NCBI GenBank assembly: GCA_048772705.1
Contig: JBLWGC010000025.1
Span: 1 to 45,715, forward strand
DNA from: Leidyana gryllorum EB-2025a
Lineage: Eukaryota; Protista; Apicomplexa
Length of the DNA: 45,715 bases
Direction of reading: 5' to 3'
Both the position numbers and the translations under genes were made by a program. The notes under the pieces are model-generated. The model was not told the origin of the DNA. It was given only the letters and a program-made list of their open reading frames with translations, and ran no database searches. Shown one piece after another: positions 10,398-21,877 of the stretch; position 1 is the first letter of the stretch; every line of letters starts with the position of its first letter.

Positions 10398-10486
10398 TGT
10401 AAGGATTACACTGCGGCCAGATCACTGGGCAGAGGTGACCTTTTAGCTACAGCAGACTGTGACCTTTTTAGTTACATGAACACACG
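10398..10486 (+). repeat. Probable 5' fragment of another LTR (J), cut by an A insertion
   Basis: Starts TGTAA and shares CCTTTTT..TTACATGAA with the D LTR. Confidence 0.45.
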
Positions 10487-10632
10487 TGTAAGCCCCACTT
10501 ACACGGGAGTGTCTCCGGCTCCACACGTGCCGGCCGGCCAGCCCGGAGACGGAGACACGCAATATACACACACGTTTTTGAGTGAACATTTTGAGTGAAC
10601 GACAACTTACTGAAACTAATAACACGACTACA

Positions 10633-11700
10633 ATGCACCTAAGATCAAAGAAACAGCGACTCAGCCCCGATAGCAGAACGGGGGACGATGCCCGTTACAC
10701 TGGTAGCAGTGCGTACTCAACTACAACGAAGGAGAACGACGCGGCAGTGCACGATGACGCGGATCCTGATTTGCAACACGACGATGACAACGGCGGCAAT
10801 ACCCCTCCCACAGAGGAAACGCAAGGCCTACAAGAACCACTACAGCAGAGTGACAAGCCGGCTCGGAAACAGGAGCGGAAACGACATGCGAGAAGACTGC
10901 ACAAGGATAACGAACAGCTGAAGGAAGCGCGCATGGCATTCAAGGGCCACAATCTGTTCACGGGCGGCAAAGAGTATCGGGCCAGGGACTGGATAGATAC
11001 GTGCCGAGCCAAATTCTTGGCCAACAGAATAACGGATGACGCAGCCAAGGTTCAGATCGCTAGTACATTACTGGCGAACTCGGCCGCACGCTGGCTACTG
11101 AACAATGAGGGAGTGATTCAAGGCACCTGGGACGACTTCGCGCGCAGACTGATAGACGAATTTGACCCGTGCAGCGTAGTTGATACCGACATGACAAAAA
11201 TGATGAAACTTACAAAAACGGACTCCATGGAAGCATACGTACTGGAATTCTGTTCCCTCAACCGAGGTATTGATGCTGCCATCGACCAACAAACGAGGGT
11301 TAACATGTTCTTCGATGGCCTGCCATCCGAAGACCGAATGGCATTGGCTGCTTACACCACAGAACCACTGGAAATTGTATGCCGACGGGCACTAGTGTAC
11401 AGCGTGACAGTGGGACGAAACAAGCGACCAATGGAACACTGCTTCGCCATGGAAGCGCGAAAGATCGCCCGAGTGGGCAAGAATTGTCCATTCACTCACG
11501 AGCAGTGCATTCGCGAGAGGAGATGTTTCAACTGTGGGCAAACGGACCACACGGCCTGGAAGTGCCCATTACCGCGTGATGACAGGAGACCGGAGAGAAG
11601 GCCTGGCACCAACGTCAATAGAATGGGCGAACAACGACGTGTATTTTCGATTGCAGAGGATTTTCCGCAGTCTCAAGGCGCACTGGCCAACCGCACTTGA
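10633..11700 (+). CDS. gag: A2 Gag
   Basis: CCHC knuckle. ATG inside the LTR. Reads YTGSS across the PBS. Confidence 0.92.
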   Translation: MHLRSKKQRLSPDSRTGDDARYTGSSAYSTTTKENDAAVHDDADPDLQHDDDNGGNTPPTEETQGLQEPLQQSDKPARKQERKRHARRLHKDNEQLKEARMAFKGHNLFTGGKEYRARDWIDTCRAKFLANRITDDAAKVQIASTLLANSAARWLLNNEGVIQGTWDDFARRLIDEFDPCSVVDTDMTKMMKLTKTDSMEAYVLEFCSLNRGIDAAIDQQTRVNMFFDGLPSEDRMALAAYTTEPLEIVCRRALVYSVTVGRNKRPMEHCFAMEARKIARVGKNCPFTHEQCIRERRCFNCGQTDHTAWKCPLPRDDRRPERRPGTNVNRMGEQRRVFSIAEDFPQSQGALANRT

Positions 11701-14700
11701 GAGAACTCGTTGGCCCGCGAGCACCACCACTGACGGCTAACTGGTACATGAGTCATCCCAACCCACGAAGCACACCCGTCCCCGCATGTGTACTTATAGA
11801 CACAGGCGCGTCGATAGCTTGCATAGATACGAATGCAGCAAGGAAGCTTTCCTTGGAGCCTAGTGGGGACTTCGTGAACATCGCCGCCCTGTATCAAACG
11901 CAAAGGAAACCACTTACACACGTACGGATCGAGACGCATGAAGGACAGACAGTTGGCGTGAAGGCAGCCATGGTGGAAGGTTTACCATACGACATAATAA
12001 TACCAACAGCTGTGATAATTCACCTAGGCCTTTGTATAGGAACCGACGTCACAAGGAACTTGTGCATACTTGAACGAAGAGTGATTCCAATTGACAAGAG
12101 ACGGAGTGTCGAATGGACTAAACCCAACAGCGAAGGCGCAGAGGTGAACGCATTAAGAGTCACCGAGCAACCAATGGAGGAAACCCATATCGATATTCCC
12201 AGGGAGGAAGTGATCAAATTGTTTGCTCGCATATTCACGGAACCAACAGGCCTACCACCCAGGCGCCAGAACATAGACCATGACATCACGCTCATAGACC
12301 CCAACTGCACTCCGTTTGTCCGCCAACCATATAAGATTCCCCAGAAGCATATCGGAGAAATGCGGCGCCAAATCATAGAACTCGCGGAGAACGGCAAAAT
12401 CACACTCAGTAGCTCCAGTTGGGCCTCGCCGTGTATGTTCGTGCCCAAGAAAGACACGGCGGTGCCACGACTGGTCTGCGACTATCGAGCACTGAACAAT
12501 GCCACAAAAAAGGTGGCCTCACCTCTCCCAGCAATAGAGGACGCCATACAGATCTTGGGGGGAGCGGAATGGTTCTCCATCCTCGACCTAAAGGCGGGAT
12601 ATCATCAGATTAGAATGACGGAACAAGCACAAAAACTCACGGCATTTGCGACTCCATGGGGCCTGTTTGAGTGGACCGTTATGCCGAACGGCCTGACGAA
12701 TGCCCCCGCAACGTTCATGACACTCATGAACCAAACGTTCCATGGACTTCTTGGACACTGCGTCTTCGTCTATTTAGACGACGTCCTGATATACTCTCCT
12801 AGTCGGACACGACATAGAACGGACCTGCAAGAAGTTTTCACACGGCTCGACCGAGCAACCTTACGAGTACACCGCAGGAAATCCCACTTCTTCAAAACAC
12901 GCATCGAGTACATCGGACACCAGATCGAAGCTGGATGCATCTCACCAATTCCCCAAAAAGTGGATGGACTATGTGAGATCCATCACCCGACAACGTTGAG
13001 GGAACTCCAGCGCTTCCTCGGAATGTTTAATTACTACCGGAAGTTCATACCGAATGTAACCCCGGTTCCCACAGGTCGCCATGGCGTCGGGTTGACGGCT
13101 AAGCCGCCGGCTGCTGCGTAGCTCCAATGGCATGGTACGTTCGTTAGTAAGCTTTGAAATGACTAATCTGTGTTTGTAGATCGCGCGTCTCCGTGTGTGC
13201 CCGGTCTACCGGCCTCGGAGACACCCTCTAATGATGCTGATCCAGCTGCGGCTGGTCAGTGACTAACTAAACTAAAAGTGTCCTTGTCTACACCGAACTT
13301 CGCCCAGATATCCGCACCACTATACGCAGCTGGAAAAGGCAAGAAGAAACCTACAGATAAGATTGAACGTACAGCCGACACCGACGCAGCGATAGCCTTA
13401 TTAAAGGAAAGCATCCGCACGGCGCCCAAGCTCTCTTTCCCTCTTGCAACGGTCACAGAACTCACCATTAACACAGATGCCAGTCTCAATGCAGTTGGAG
13501 CCGTACTACAACAGAAAACCGACAGAGGGATGTGCCCAGTGGATTTCTTCTCCAAAACCCTCAACGACGCTCAAAGCAGATACCCAACACATGAGCGGGA
13601 GTTGTTGGCCATCGTGCTCGCGTGCCGTCACTGGCGACACCTGTTAGTGGGCAGAAGAACGAATATTGTTACGGATCATAAACCGTTGACTTACCTGATG
13701 CAGCAGCCACACCTCTCCGACAGACAGGTGAGATGGCTCATCACCTTGGCGGAATTGGACATCAACATCACCTACTTGAGGGGAACCCAAAATTTTATTG
13801 CCGATCTATTGAGTCGACCCCGACATCCACAGGTGGACGAGAACCACTCAGAATGTTTCAGCATACAACTATCGGCCAAACAGAACATAGAAGAGAGACT
13901 CAGGGAGAGCTGGAGAACAAAGGAACAGGAAGCGGGCAAATGTGGAGAAGTTCAATGGATTGAGGGGCTTCCAGTAACCCCAGAAGCAACAATAGAAGTA
14001 CCCAATGACCCGTCCATAATAAGGGAGATTATTGCTGAGAATCACGACAGCACCCTGGCTGGGCATTTGGCCCCAGAGAAAACGATTGGAAGAATCAAGG
14101 CCTTGTTCACGTGGCGGGGACTATCGGCGGATGTCTCGGCGTACTGCCGGAATTGCCAAACTTGCCAACGATCCAAGATGCGAAATCACCGCAAATTCGG
14201 ACTTCTGAACCCGTTAAACAATCCGACCAGCCCCTGGGTCGAAATAGGACTTGACTTCCTAGAACTGCCTCCCGACGAACGAACCGGCCACAATTATGTG
14301 ATGGTTGTGGTTGATAGGCTCTCGCGACGCATACGACTGATACCGTGTTTCAAGACAATCACTGCAAACGAAGCGGCAGAACTATTCACCACTAATACTA
14401 TCAAAGTTCACGGTCTACCACAGAAAGTGGTCTCCGATAGAGACCCACGGTTCACAGCGGCGATTTGGCAGGATACTCTAAAAGGCTTGGGAATTGACTT
14501 AGCGATGTCAACGGCAGCTCATCCGCAGACTAACGGACTCGTTGAACGAGCAAATAGATCAATCGTACAGATGCTCAGGTGCACACTTGCAGGTCATGGG
14601 GGATCGTGGATGACTCATCTCTCTGCCACTGAGATGGCATATAACAGCTCACTGCAGGCTTCGACGAACTCAACCCCCCTGGAATTGGATACGGGCCGCA

Positions 14701-15320
14701 TCACCTTGATTCCATCAAACCTACACGACATAGCAGGCCAACGCTCCACCAGCAGCAAACTTTACCTTCAGAGGATACAGGAGGCTCGCGATCGACTCTC
14801 AGCGGCCCAAGCTGCGCAAAAGAACCAAGCTGACAAGTGGAGAGTGCAGCAGTCGTTCGAAGTAGGACAACAAGTGCTCCTATCAACCAAGCAGTTGGCC
14901 CACGTGCCACGCCATAAACTCACCAACCCATTCGCAGGTCCATTCACCATCATAGCACGAGGTCAACATGATACGTACACCCTCGACCTACCGGACTCCT
15001 GGGGGCTACTACCCAAGTTTCACGTATCCCGACTTGAGCCTTTTCGCTCAGAGCAACGAATTATAACAATTACAGATGACGAAAACGAACCGAAGTCGGA
15101 CGACGGGATATACATAATGGAGAAGGTGGTAGGTTGGCGCGAACAAGAGGGACAGCTACAGTACCTCATCCAATGGGTGGGATACCCTGACAAAACGTGG
15201 GAAAGCGCAGAGACGGTTCTTGAAGCCGAGGGACAAGACCTTATACAAGAATTCACGAGAGAGTGGAACAAAAGGAACCCACGGAACCCGTTTACAACGG
15301 AGGGGGTGGGAGGAGTGTAA
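11658..15320 (+). pseudogene. pol: A2 Pol (PR-RT-RH-IN-chromodomain), split at 13055-13292
   Basis: ORFs 11697-13121 and 13278-15320 rejoin as YRKFIPNFAQIS once the insert and one TSD are removed, matching A1. Confidence 0.93.
13055..13292 (-). mobile_element. Solo LTR, family C (238 bp)
   Basis: TG..CA ends and TSD CCGAA (13050-54, 13293-97). A1 shows the empty site. Encodes a gag-like start MPLELRSSRR...GY. Confidence 0.93.
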
Positions 15321-15528
15321 GCCCCACTTACACGGGAGTGTCTCCGGCTCCACACGTGCCGGCCGGCCAGCCCGGAGACGGAGACACGCAATATACACAC
15401 ACGTTTTTGAGTGAACATTTTGAGTGAACGACAACTTACTGAAACTAATAACACGACTACAATGCACCTAAGATCAAAGAAACAGCGACTCAGCCCCGAT
15501 AGCAGAACGGGGGACGATGCCCGTTACA

Positions 15529-17250
15529 GTAAGCGGTTTGTGATCAGTATGTACCTCGAATTCTTTGCTCAGGAGATAGTGTTTCCACCGTTTCAAGGCG
15601 CAGAGGATTGCCCAAAGTTCCCTTTCGTGGACTGCCCAGTTTCGCTGTGTACTGTTGAGTTTTGTGCTGAAGTGTTCAATTATATTCCTTTCTCCATCGT
15701 GCAGTTGTTCGAGGGTGCCGCCCACTGCCTCATTGCTGGCATCAGTGTATATGTGGAAAGGTAAGTTCTCGTCGACAACTCCTAGGGTAAGGTCCTGGCT
15801 GAAGGCTCTCTTGATCCTCTCCCAATGTTCTGAGTCTGCAGGTGACCACTGGATCTTGTCTCCTTTCTTGGTGTATTGATTGATCACATTGTGGAGCGGA
15901 GCAGCTTTGGCAGCGAAGTTCGGGATGTATTTGGCATAGTATGTCATTGCTCCCAGCGTCTTTCGTAGAGCCCCCATCGTTTCCGGCCTCGGCAGGTCCC
16001 TGAAGATGTCTTGTTTTACTGGATCGGGTCGGATGCCTTTCTGGTCGAGGTACTGGCCCACGAATCCCACCTCAGTAATAAAGAAGGCTGACTTGGCTGG
16101 GTGGACATGAAGCTGATGCTTCTGCAGTGTTGTTAATATCTGTCGGAGGTCCTCCCGATGTTGTTGGTGCGTGGGGCTATACACGAGAATGTCATCAACG
16201 TACACTATGCAACATTTTCCGATCCAGTCTCGCAGTATGTCCTCCATGAAGGCGACGAATGCTGGAGGGGCGTTCTTGAGGCCGAATGGTAGGACTCGCC
16301 ATTCGTACTTGCCTAAGGGGGTACTGAAGGCCGTGTATGCCTGTGACTCCGGCCTTATCTGAATCTGGTGGTACCCAGATTTCAAGTCCAGTTTAGAAAA
16401 TACTCGCGATCCTCGCAATGTTGGTGCTGATAGATCAGCCCGTGGTATCGGGTATGCGTAGGTGATGGTTCTATCGTTGAGGTGTTTGTAATTGATAACC
16501 ATCCGTGGAATCGGTGTGTCTTTCTTCGGAACCAGGAAGCAAGGAGCTCCCCACTCCGATTTGGATGGTGCAATCATTCCTAGGTTCAGCAACTCTGCTA
16601 TCTGTCGTTCTATCTCCTTCCTTTGTTGTTGGCCGCAAGCGTAAGGTCGTTCAAAATGGGCCACCGAGTTGGGCTTCAGTCTGATCTCAAAATCATGGAA
16701 CCCACGTGAGGGTGGTGTCGACTGTGGTGCCTTGAACAAGTTCCCAAATTCGTTTGTGATCCATTCCTCTCCAATCGGGTATTTGATTGTCTGGGCCGTG
16801 GCCGTACTTATTTGTAAGACTTGAGAGGTGTGTGAGGCATCCGCTAGTGACAGTTGCTCCAAAATTGTGAGTTCACCGCGTATGTTTGTTCCTATCGCCA
16901 GCTTCAGTGCACAAATGGTCTCAACGCCCAAAATGACGTCGTATCTGTCGATGTTGGCGACTTGAAATTTCAGTTTGTACGCCTGGCGTTTTTGTGTCAA
17001 TAGGTGTGCCTCCGTCTCTCCCCGACTGTATTGTGATCCAATTCCGCTTAGCTGTTTAGCTGACCCTTGGTGTACCTTGAGGCTTAATCTGGCTGCTGTA
17101 TCTGGATGCATAACATTGATTTCCGCCCCGGTATCCACCAGGCATAAGGCCTGTAATCTGGCTTCCTTCGCGTAGATCCACCACCGCACCGCTGCCTGTT
17201 GTCGCTCTCCGATGGCAAATACGAGGGCCCCTCCGTCCAAGGACGGAGGG
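15529..17250 (-). pseudogene. pol: Family D pol N-terminal part (PR-RT-RNase H)
   Basis: LVDTGA, LPFGL, YVDD, TDAS and HTDHKPLT. Bounded by the A2 and E LTRs. Confidence 0.92.
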
Positions 17251-17735
17251 TATAACCTGGCGGTCCGTTCTCGTTGCCATCGAGATTGGTAAGTGATCTG
17301 CTACGTAATTCCATGTTTCTTAGGTGTGTGTTGTTCGTGTTCCCCCCGCGTCTCCGTGCCGGTGCCGGCCGGCATTGGAGACACAGAGATGCTGGTAAGC
17401 TGGACTGGCTTTGCCAGACAGTGATATGCAACTAAAAATGACACTGGTCTACACTGGTGGCGGCTATCCGCTACACTCCTCCGGGGTTGGTAAAGAGGTC
17501 CTCGCCTCGCAGTTGGGCAGGCGTGTATGGAACTCGAGTGGTTGGCCTGTTATTGAACTCGCGTCGGTAAGCCAGTACCAAGTCCAAGGCGTCTCCTTCT
17601 CGTATCGTCTCAATTGGCTCCCACGAGGGCTCCTCATAGCCTTGCCATTTGACTAACCAGTGCATTCCTCTTGAAGTCAACCTCTCTCCGATCACCTTGT
17701 CCATGAGATATACCGGGGCGGTCTCTGCGGGCGGG

Positions 17736-18093
17736 TGTAATGGCCATCGGTTCCGTGGGCGTTGTCGGTGAGTTCTCGGCCACTACGTAATTGCATCTTA
17801 GATACTTCGTTCGCAGGTTCAGTGGTCATGCCGGTCGGTTCGCACGTAATCAAAAAGGTGAGTTCACACGATGATCTAACTGTGTGTCCCCCCGTGTCTC
17901 CGGCCGGCCGGCCGGCACGCCGGAGACACAGACACGATGAGGACGGACTGGCTTCGGTTGGACGTCGTCAAACGCCTCGGTGACGAAGTAGCCTTCCCCC
18001 GACGGTGGTGCCTTGGGTCGGTTCTAGCGTCGGGGCTCTATCGAGGAGCGGTGTTCGTTGCGACGATGTCGGCATTGGCTCTAAAGTGTTACA
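17736..18093 (-). mobile_element. Solo LTR, family F (358 bp)
   Basis: TGTAA..TTACA with TSD GCGGG (17731-35, 18094-98). Gag-like start MQLRSGRE...HY. Confidence 0.93.
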
Positions 18094-21000
18094 GCGGGTC
18101 TCCATTGTATCTGGTAAGTCGTGACACGTGAAAACGGTTGTAGATGCGTAGTCCGGGGGGTAGCTCAATCTCATACACGTTTCCTGGGATCTGTTGTGAC
18201 ACGCGGAAGGGGCCTATGCGAGCGGGGGAGAGCTTTGACCGTTTGAGTCCTTTCAGGTTGGTGGTGGAGAGTAGCACCCAGTCGTTGACCTCGAATGACT
18301 CATCCTGTCTGTGGCGGTCTGCGTTCCGTTTTTGTTTTTGTTGGGCGGCGTTTATGCGGTCTAGAACTTCTCTGATTCGTTCGGAGTACAGTTGGATTGG
18401 TCTGTTTGTGTGAGGAGGAAGTGGGAGTGTTGCCTCGAGGGGTCCTCGAAAGGGTCTTCCTGTCTCCGCCTCATGCGGCGACATCCCTATGGACTCGTTG
18501 AAGGTGGCGTTGAAGGCCATCTCTACCGTGGGTAATAGGTGTCTCCAGTTGTCGCCTATCTCGTTGCAGATGTTTCTCAAGATTTGGATGACGGTCCGGT
18601 GTGCTCTTTCTGCCATTCCGTTTGTCTGAGGGTGGAAAGCTGAGCTGGTTCGCAGTCGAGTGTTCGTCAGTTGTAGTACTTCGGTCCACGCCTCTGACAG
18701 CCACCTGGAGTCGCGGTCTGCTACGATGCTTTCTGGGCAGCCGTGTGGTCGTATCAAGTAGTTGAACAGCAGTTTGGCGGTGCCGATTGCTGTAACCTCT
18801 TTGGTACAGGGTGCCAGGATGATCTTTCTGGTCAGTCTGTCGATAATGGTAAGTACGCAATCTTCTCCGGTCTCGCTGTCTCTCGGCAGGCATAGTAGGT
18901 CTATGCTCACCTCCTTCCAAGGTCCACTGGGCGGTGGAAGTGGGGTGAGGAGGCCCAGCGGCCGGTGGTTAGCTGCCTTAGTCTTCTGACATGAATCACA
19001 TTTCCTACAGAACTCGCGCACGTCCTGTGCCAAACCATCCCAGTTGAAGAGAGCTGCTATGCGGCGTAGCGTCCGGTCCGATGCCATGTGACCACCGAGT
19101 GGTGAGGCATGTGACTCCTCCAGTATCTTCATCCTGATGGTAGTGTTGTCTGGTACTTGTATTCTTCCCTCCTGATCGTATACCAGGCCTTCGTGTCGGT
19201 ATAGGTGGTCGTTCAATTCTATGTTCGCGCTGAGTCGTTTTAGTGCTAGGAGGAACTCGTCTTCCTGGCTCTGGGCTCTAGCCGACATACAACTGCCACG
19301 CGTTGGTCGGCTCAGTAAGTCGGCTAAGTAGTTGTCTTTGCCTTTGATGTAATCGATCTCGCAAGGATATTGTGAGATCTTTATCAGGGTACGCACTACC
19401 CGCTCTGATACGTTTTTCGCTTTCACTAAGGTCACCAGCGGTTTATGGTCCGTGAGGACTCTGAAGGGCTTCTCCATCAAGAAATGGCGCCACCTCTTGA
19501 GAGCCATTTCAATGGCGTATAGTTCACGCTCGTGAACTGGCCAGTTGCGTTGTGCCGAGGTCAACGAGGTGCTCATGAATTCCAAGGGTAGTCGCTGCCC
19601 GTTCTGTTCTTGTTCAAGTGTGGCGCCGATGGCCTCGTTTGACGCATCGGTAGTAACGAGCAGTGGCAGGGTTCGGTCCATATGCCCGAGCTTGTTGTTG
19701 CTCGTGAAGGCTTCTGTAAGGGCTTTCCACTCTTTCAACGACTCCGCGTCCCATTCTATCTTCTCACTCGGCCGGCTTGCTGAACTGATCCGTCTGTGAA
19801 AAGGGCGGGTGAGAGAGGCGAACATTGGAATGAATCTTGCGTAGTAAGTCATCGACCCGATTATGGCGCGTAGTACTTGTATGGTTTCTGGAGGGGGGTG
19901 GTGTCGGAAGAAGTGAACTCTCGATTGGTCCGGTTGAATGCCGTGGGTAGTAACATGATGGCCAGTGAAGTGGACTTCTTGCAAGAAAAATTGAGATTTT
20001 TGTGGGTTCAAGAAAAGCTGGTGTTCCCGTAGCCGTGCGAAGACTGCCTTCAAGTGCTCTCGGTGGTCCTCAACTGTGGTGCTGTAGACTAACACGTCGT
20101 CAACGTAGGCGACGACAAATCGGCCGATCATCCCGTCCAGAACGTGGGTCATGAGGGCGATAAACGAGCAAGGAGCGTTTTTAAGCCCAAAGGGCATCAC
20201 GGTATACTGGAACTTTCCGAACGGGGTGATGAATGCTGTGAGCGGCTGTGATTTCTCCTCGATCCGAACCTGATGAAATCCTGACTTGAGATCCAGTTTC
20301 GAGAAGACTCGTGCTCCTCTGAGTTTGGACAGGTTCTCCTCCGTGGTCATCGTCGGGTAAGTGTACGACACTGTGCTATCATTCAATGCTTTATAGTTCA
20401 CAACCATCCTGGGCGTGGCTGTGTCCTTCTTCCCTACCAGGAAACAGGGTGCCGACCACTCCGATCGTGAGCGCGTCACTTTCCCCTGGGCAAGCAGTTC
20501 CATCACTTGTCTTCGCAACTCCTTCTGATTCTGCTCCGTCCCTCCATATGGTCTCCCATTGAAAGGTTGTGCCTCGGGCAATAACTGGATGCGGAAATTG
20601 AAGAATCCTCTGTCCGGTGGATAAGGTAGCTCCTCTTTTAGCAGGTCCTTGTACTCTGTTGTGATCGACTCTGCCTGGTCGACCGTCGCTGGAGGCACCG
20701 GCGTCGGGGCGTGCCGTGCCATTGTTGTGAAGGCTGTTTGCGTAGACTGGATTGTGGTTCCTTCCGCGACTACCATATGTCCTCTCCCGTCCGTTCCGAG
20801 TAATAAACTGGCCTCGTGGATGACCGGTATGCCAAGAATGGCTTGGTAACCATTTAGTTTGGCAATGGCGAAGCTGATTGGCCCGTACTCGTGGTGCGGT
20901 GTCGCTAATATTGCGTGAGTTTCTCCATCGCAAGTGACGCTTCCCATTCCTTCTATCCGTCGAAGGGTCGACTCGTGTGCTGTGAGTCCCATCTGTTCAT

Positions 21001-21193
21001 ATGTCGACGTATCAAGTATGTTGAGCTCGGCGCCGGAGTCTATCAGGGCGCGTACGGTTGTTCGTTTGCCGGTTGTCGGGTGCTTCAGATCCCAGCTCAC
21101 TGAGGCAGTCCAACCTATTCTGTGCGGGTTGTCGTCAAGTCGTAATGCTGTGAAACAGCTGGGTTCCCCCCGGTGCTTTCGGTGGGCCGGGGG

Positions 21194-21455
21194 TGTAACC
21201 TGACTCTAAGGCCGGGTTCGTAGTGCTCAGGTGAATGCTTCGTCCGCTACGTAAAACCATTGTTGTTCCAATGCAGGCACGTGAAAGGTAAGTCACAAAG
21301 GTACGTCTAATCTAGAGTCTATATATGTGTCTCCGTTAATGCCGGTGCCGGCCGGCCGGAGACGGAGACACACACACTGGTGAACCGGTCCCGGCCGGTC
21401 ACCGATGAGCGTCCTCCTTGCAGTAACTATCCGTGTAACCGTTCTAACGGTTACA
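21194..21455 (-). mobile_element. Solo LTR, family G (262 bp)
   Basis: TGTAACC..GGTTACA with TSD GGGGG. Gag-like start MVLRSGRS...GY. Confidence 0.92.
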
Positions 21456-21465
21456 GGGGGTGCGG

Positions 21466-21644
21466 TCAAAAATCCTCCTTCTCGGAATCCGTGCTATTCT
21501 CTAATCCCGGTTGGTTACCCTCCATGGCGTTGTACACTGTGCGCTGTGGCTTCGGCTCGTTTCGTTTTCGACGTTCTGGACACTGTCTCGTCATGTGGTC
21601 CGCCTTGCCGCATATGTAGCATAAGCGATTTTGCTCGCAATGCT
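21466..21644 (-). pseudogene. gag: E Gag C-terminus (zinc knuckle)
   Basis: CYICGKADHMTRQC...EDF*. Joins 31022 as NPYTREH|CEQNRLC. Confidence 0.9.
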
Positions 21645-21771
21645 TGTAAGGTGAACATCTATCACCGGCGACCCGGAGGCCGGCCGGCACGTGGACCCGG
21701 AGACGGAGACAGGGAGAGTACAAACACGCACGTGTTTCAGTATTAGTTTTTTCGAGTGACTTACCTGCACA

Positions 21772-21877
21772 ATGAACAACGAACTACAAAACCAGTCCAT
21801 TAGCTCGGGACCAGCAGCGGAGAAGGCGGGTTACACTGGTAGCAGTGCGCCTCGTTACGAACAACTCGGGATCAGAT
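21772..21877 (+). pseudogene. gag: I Gag N-terminus
   Basis: MNNELQNQ...AGYTGSSAPRYEQLGIR, continuing at 26575 as LMTEQ. Confidence 0.85.

Larger units (their letters stand above)
10487..15528 (+). mobile_element. Chromovirus family A, copy A2 (disrupted by solo LTR C)
   Basis: LTRs at 10487-10699 and 15316-15528, PBS at 10701, PPT before 15316. Flanks ACACG and GTAAG do not match (see inversion finding). Confidence 0.96.
17471..21475 (-). pseudogene. pol: E Pol, interrupted by solo LTRs G and F
   Basis: ORF 18089-21100 (LIDSGA, YVDD, TDAS, DDE, GPF) plus chromodomain 17471-17735 (WLVKWQGY..SWEP). Confidence 0.93.

Noticed and set aside
1-15528. A1/A2 as terminal inverted repeats of a giant DNA transposon
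   Set aside because: They are ordinary LTR elements, and the TSD logic explains the arrangement.
15411-15764. ORFs starting in LTRs and running into flanks (also 17084-17431, and the N-termini of 26448, 13278 and 3880)
   Set aside because: They are junction chimeras between an LTR and the interrupted element.
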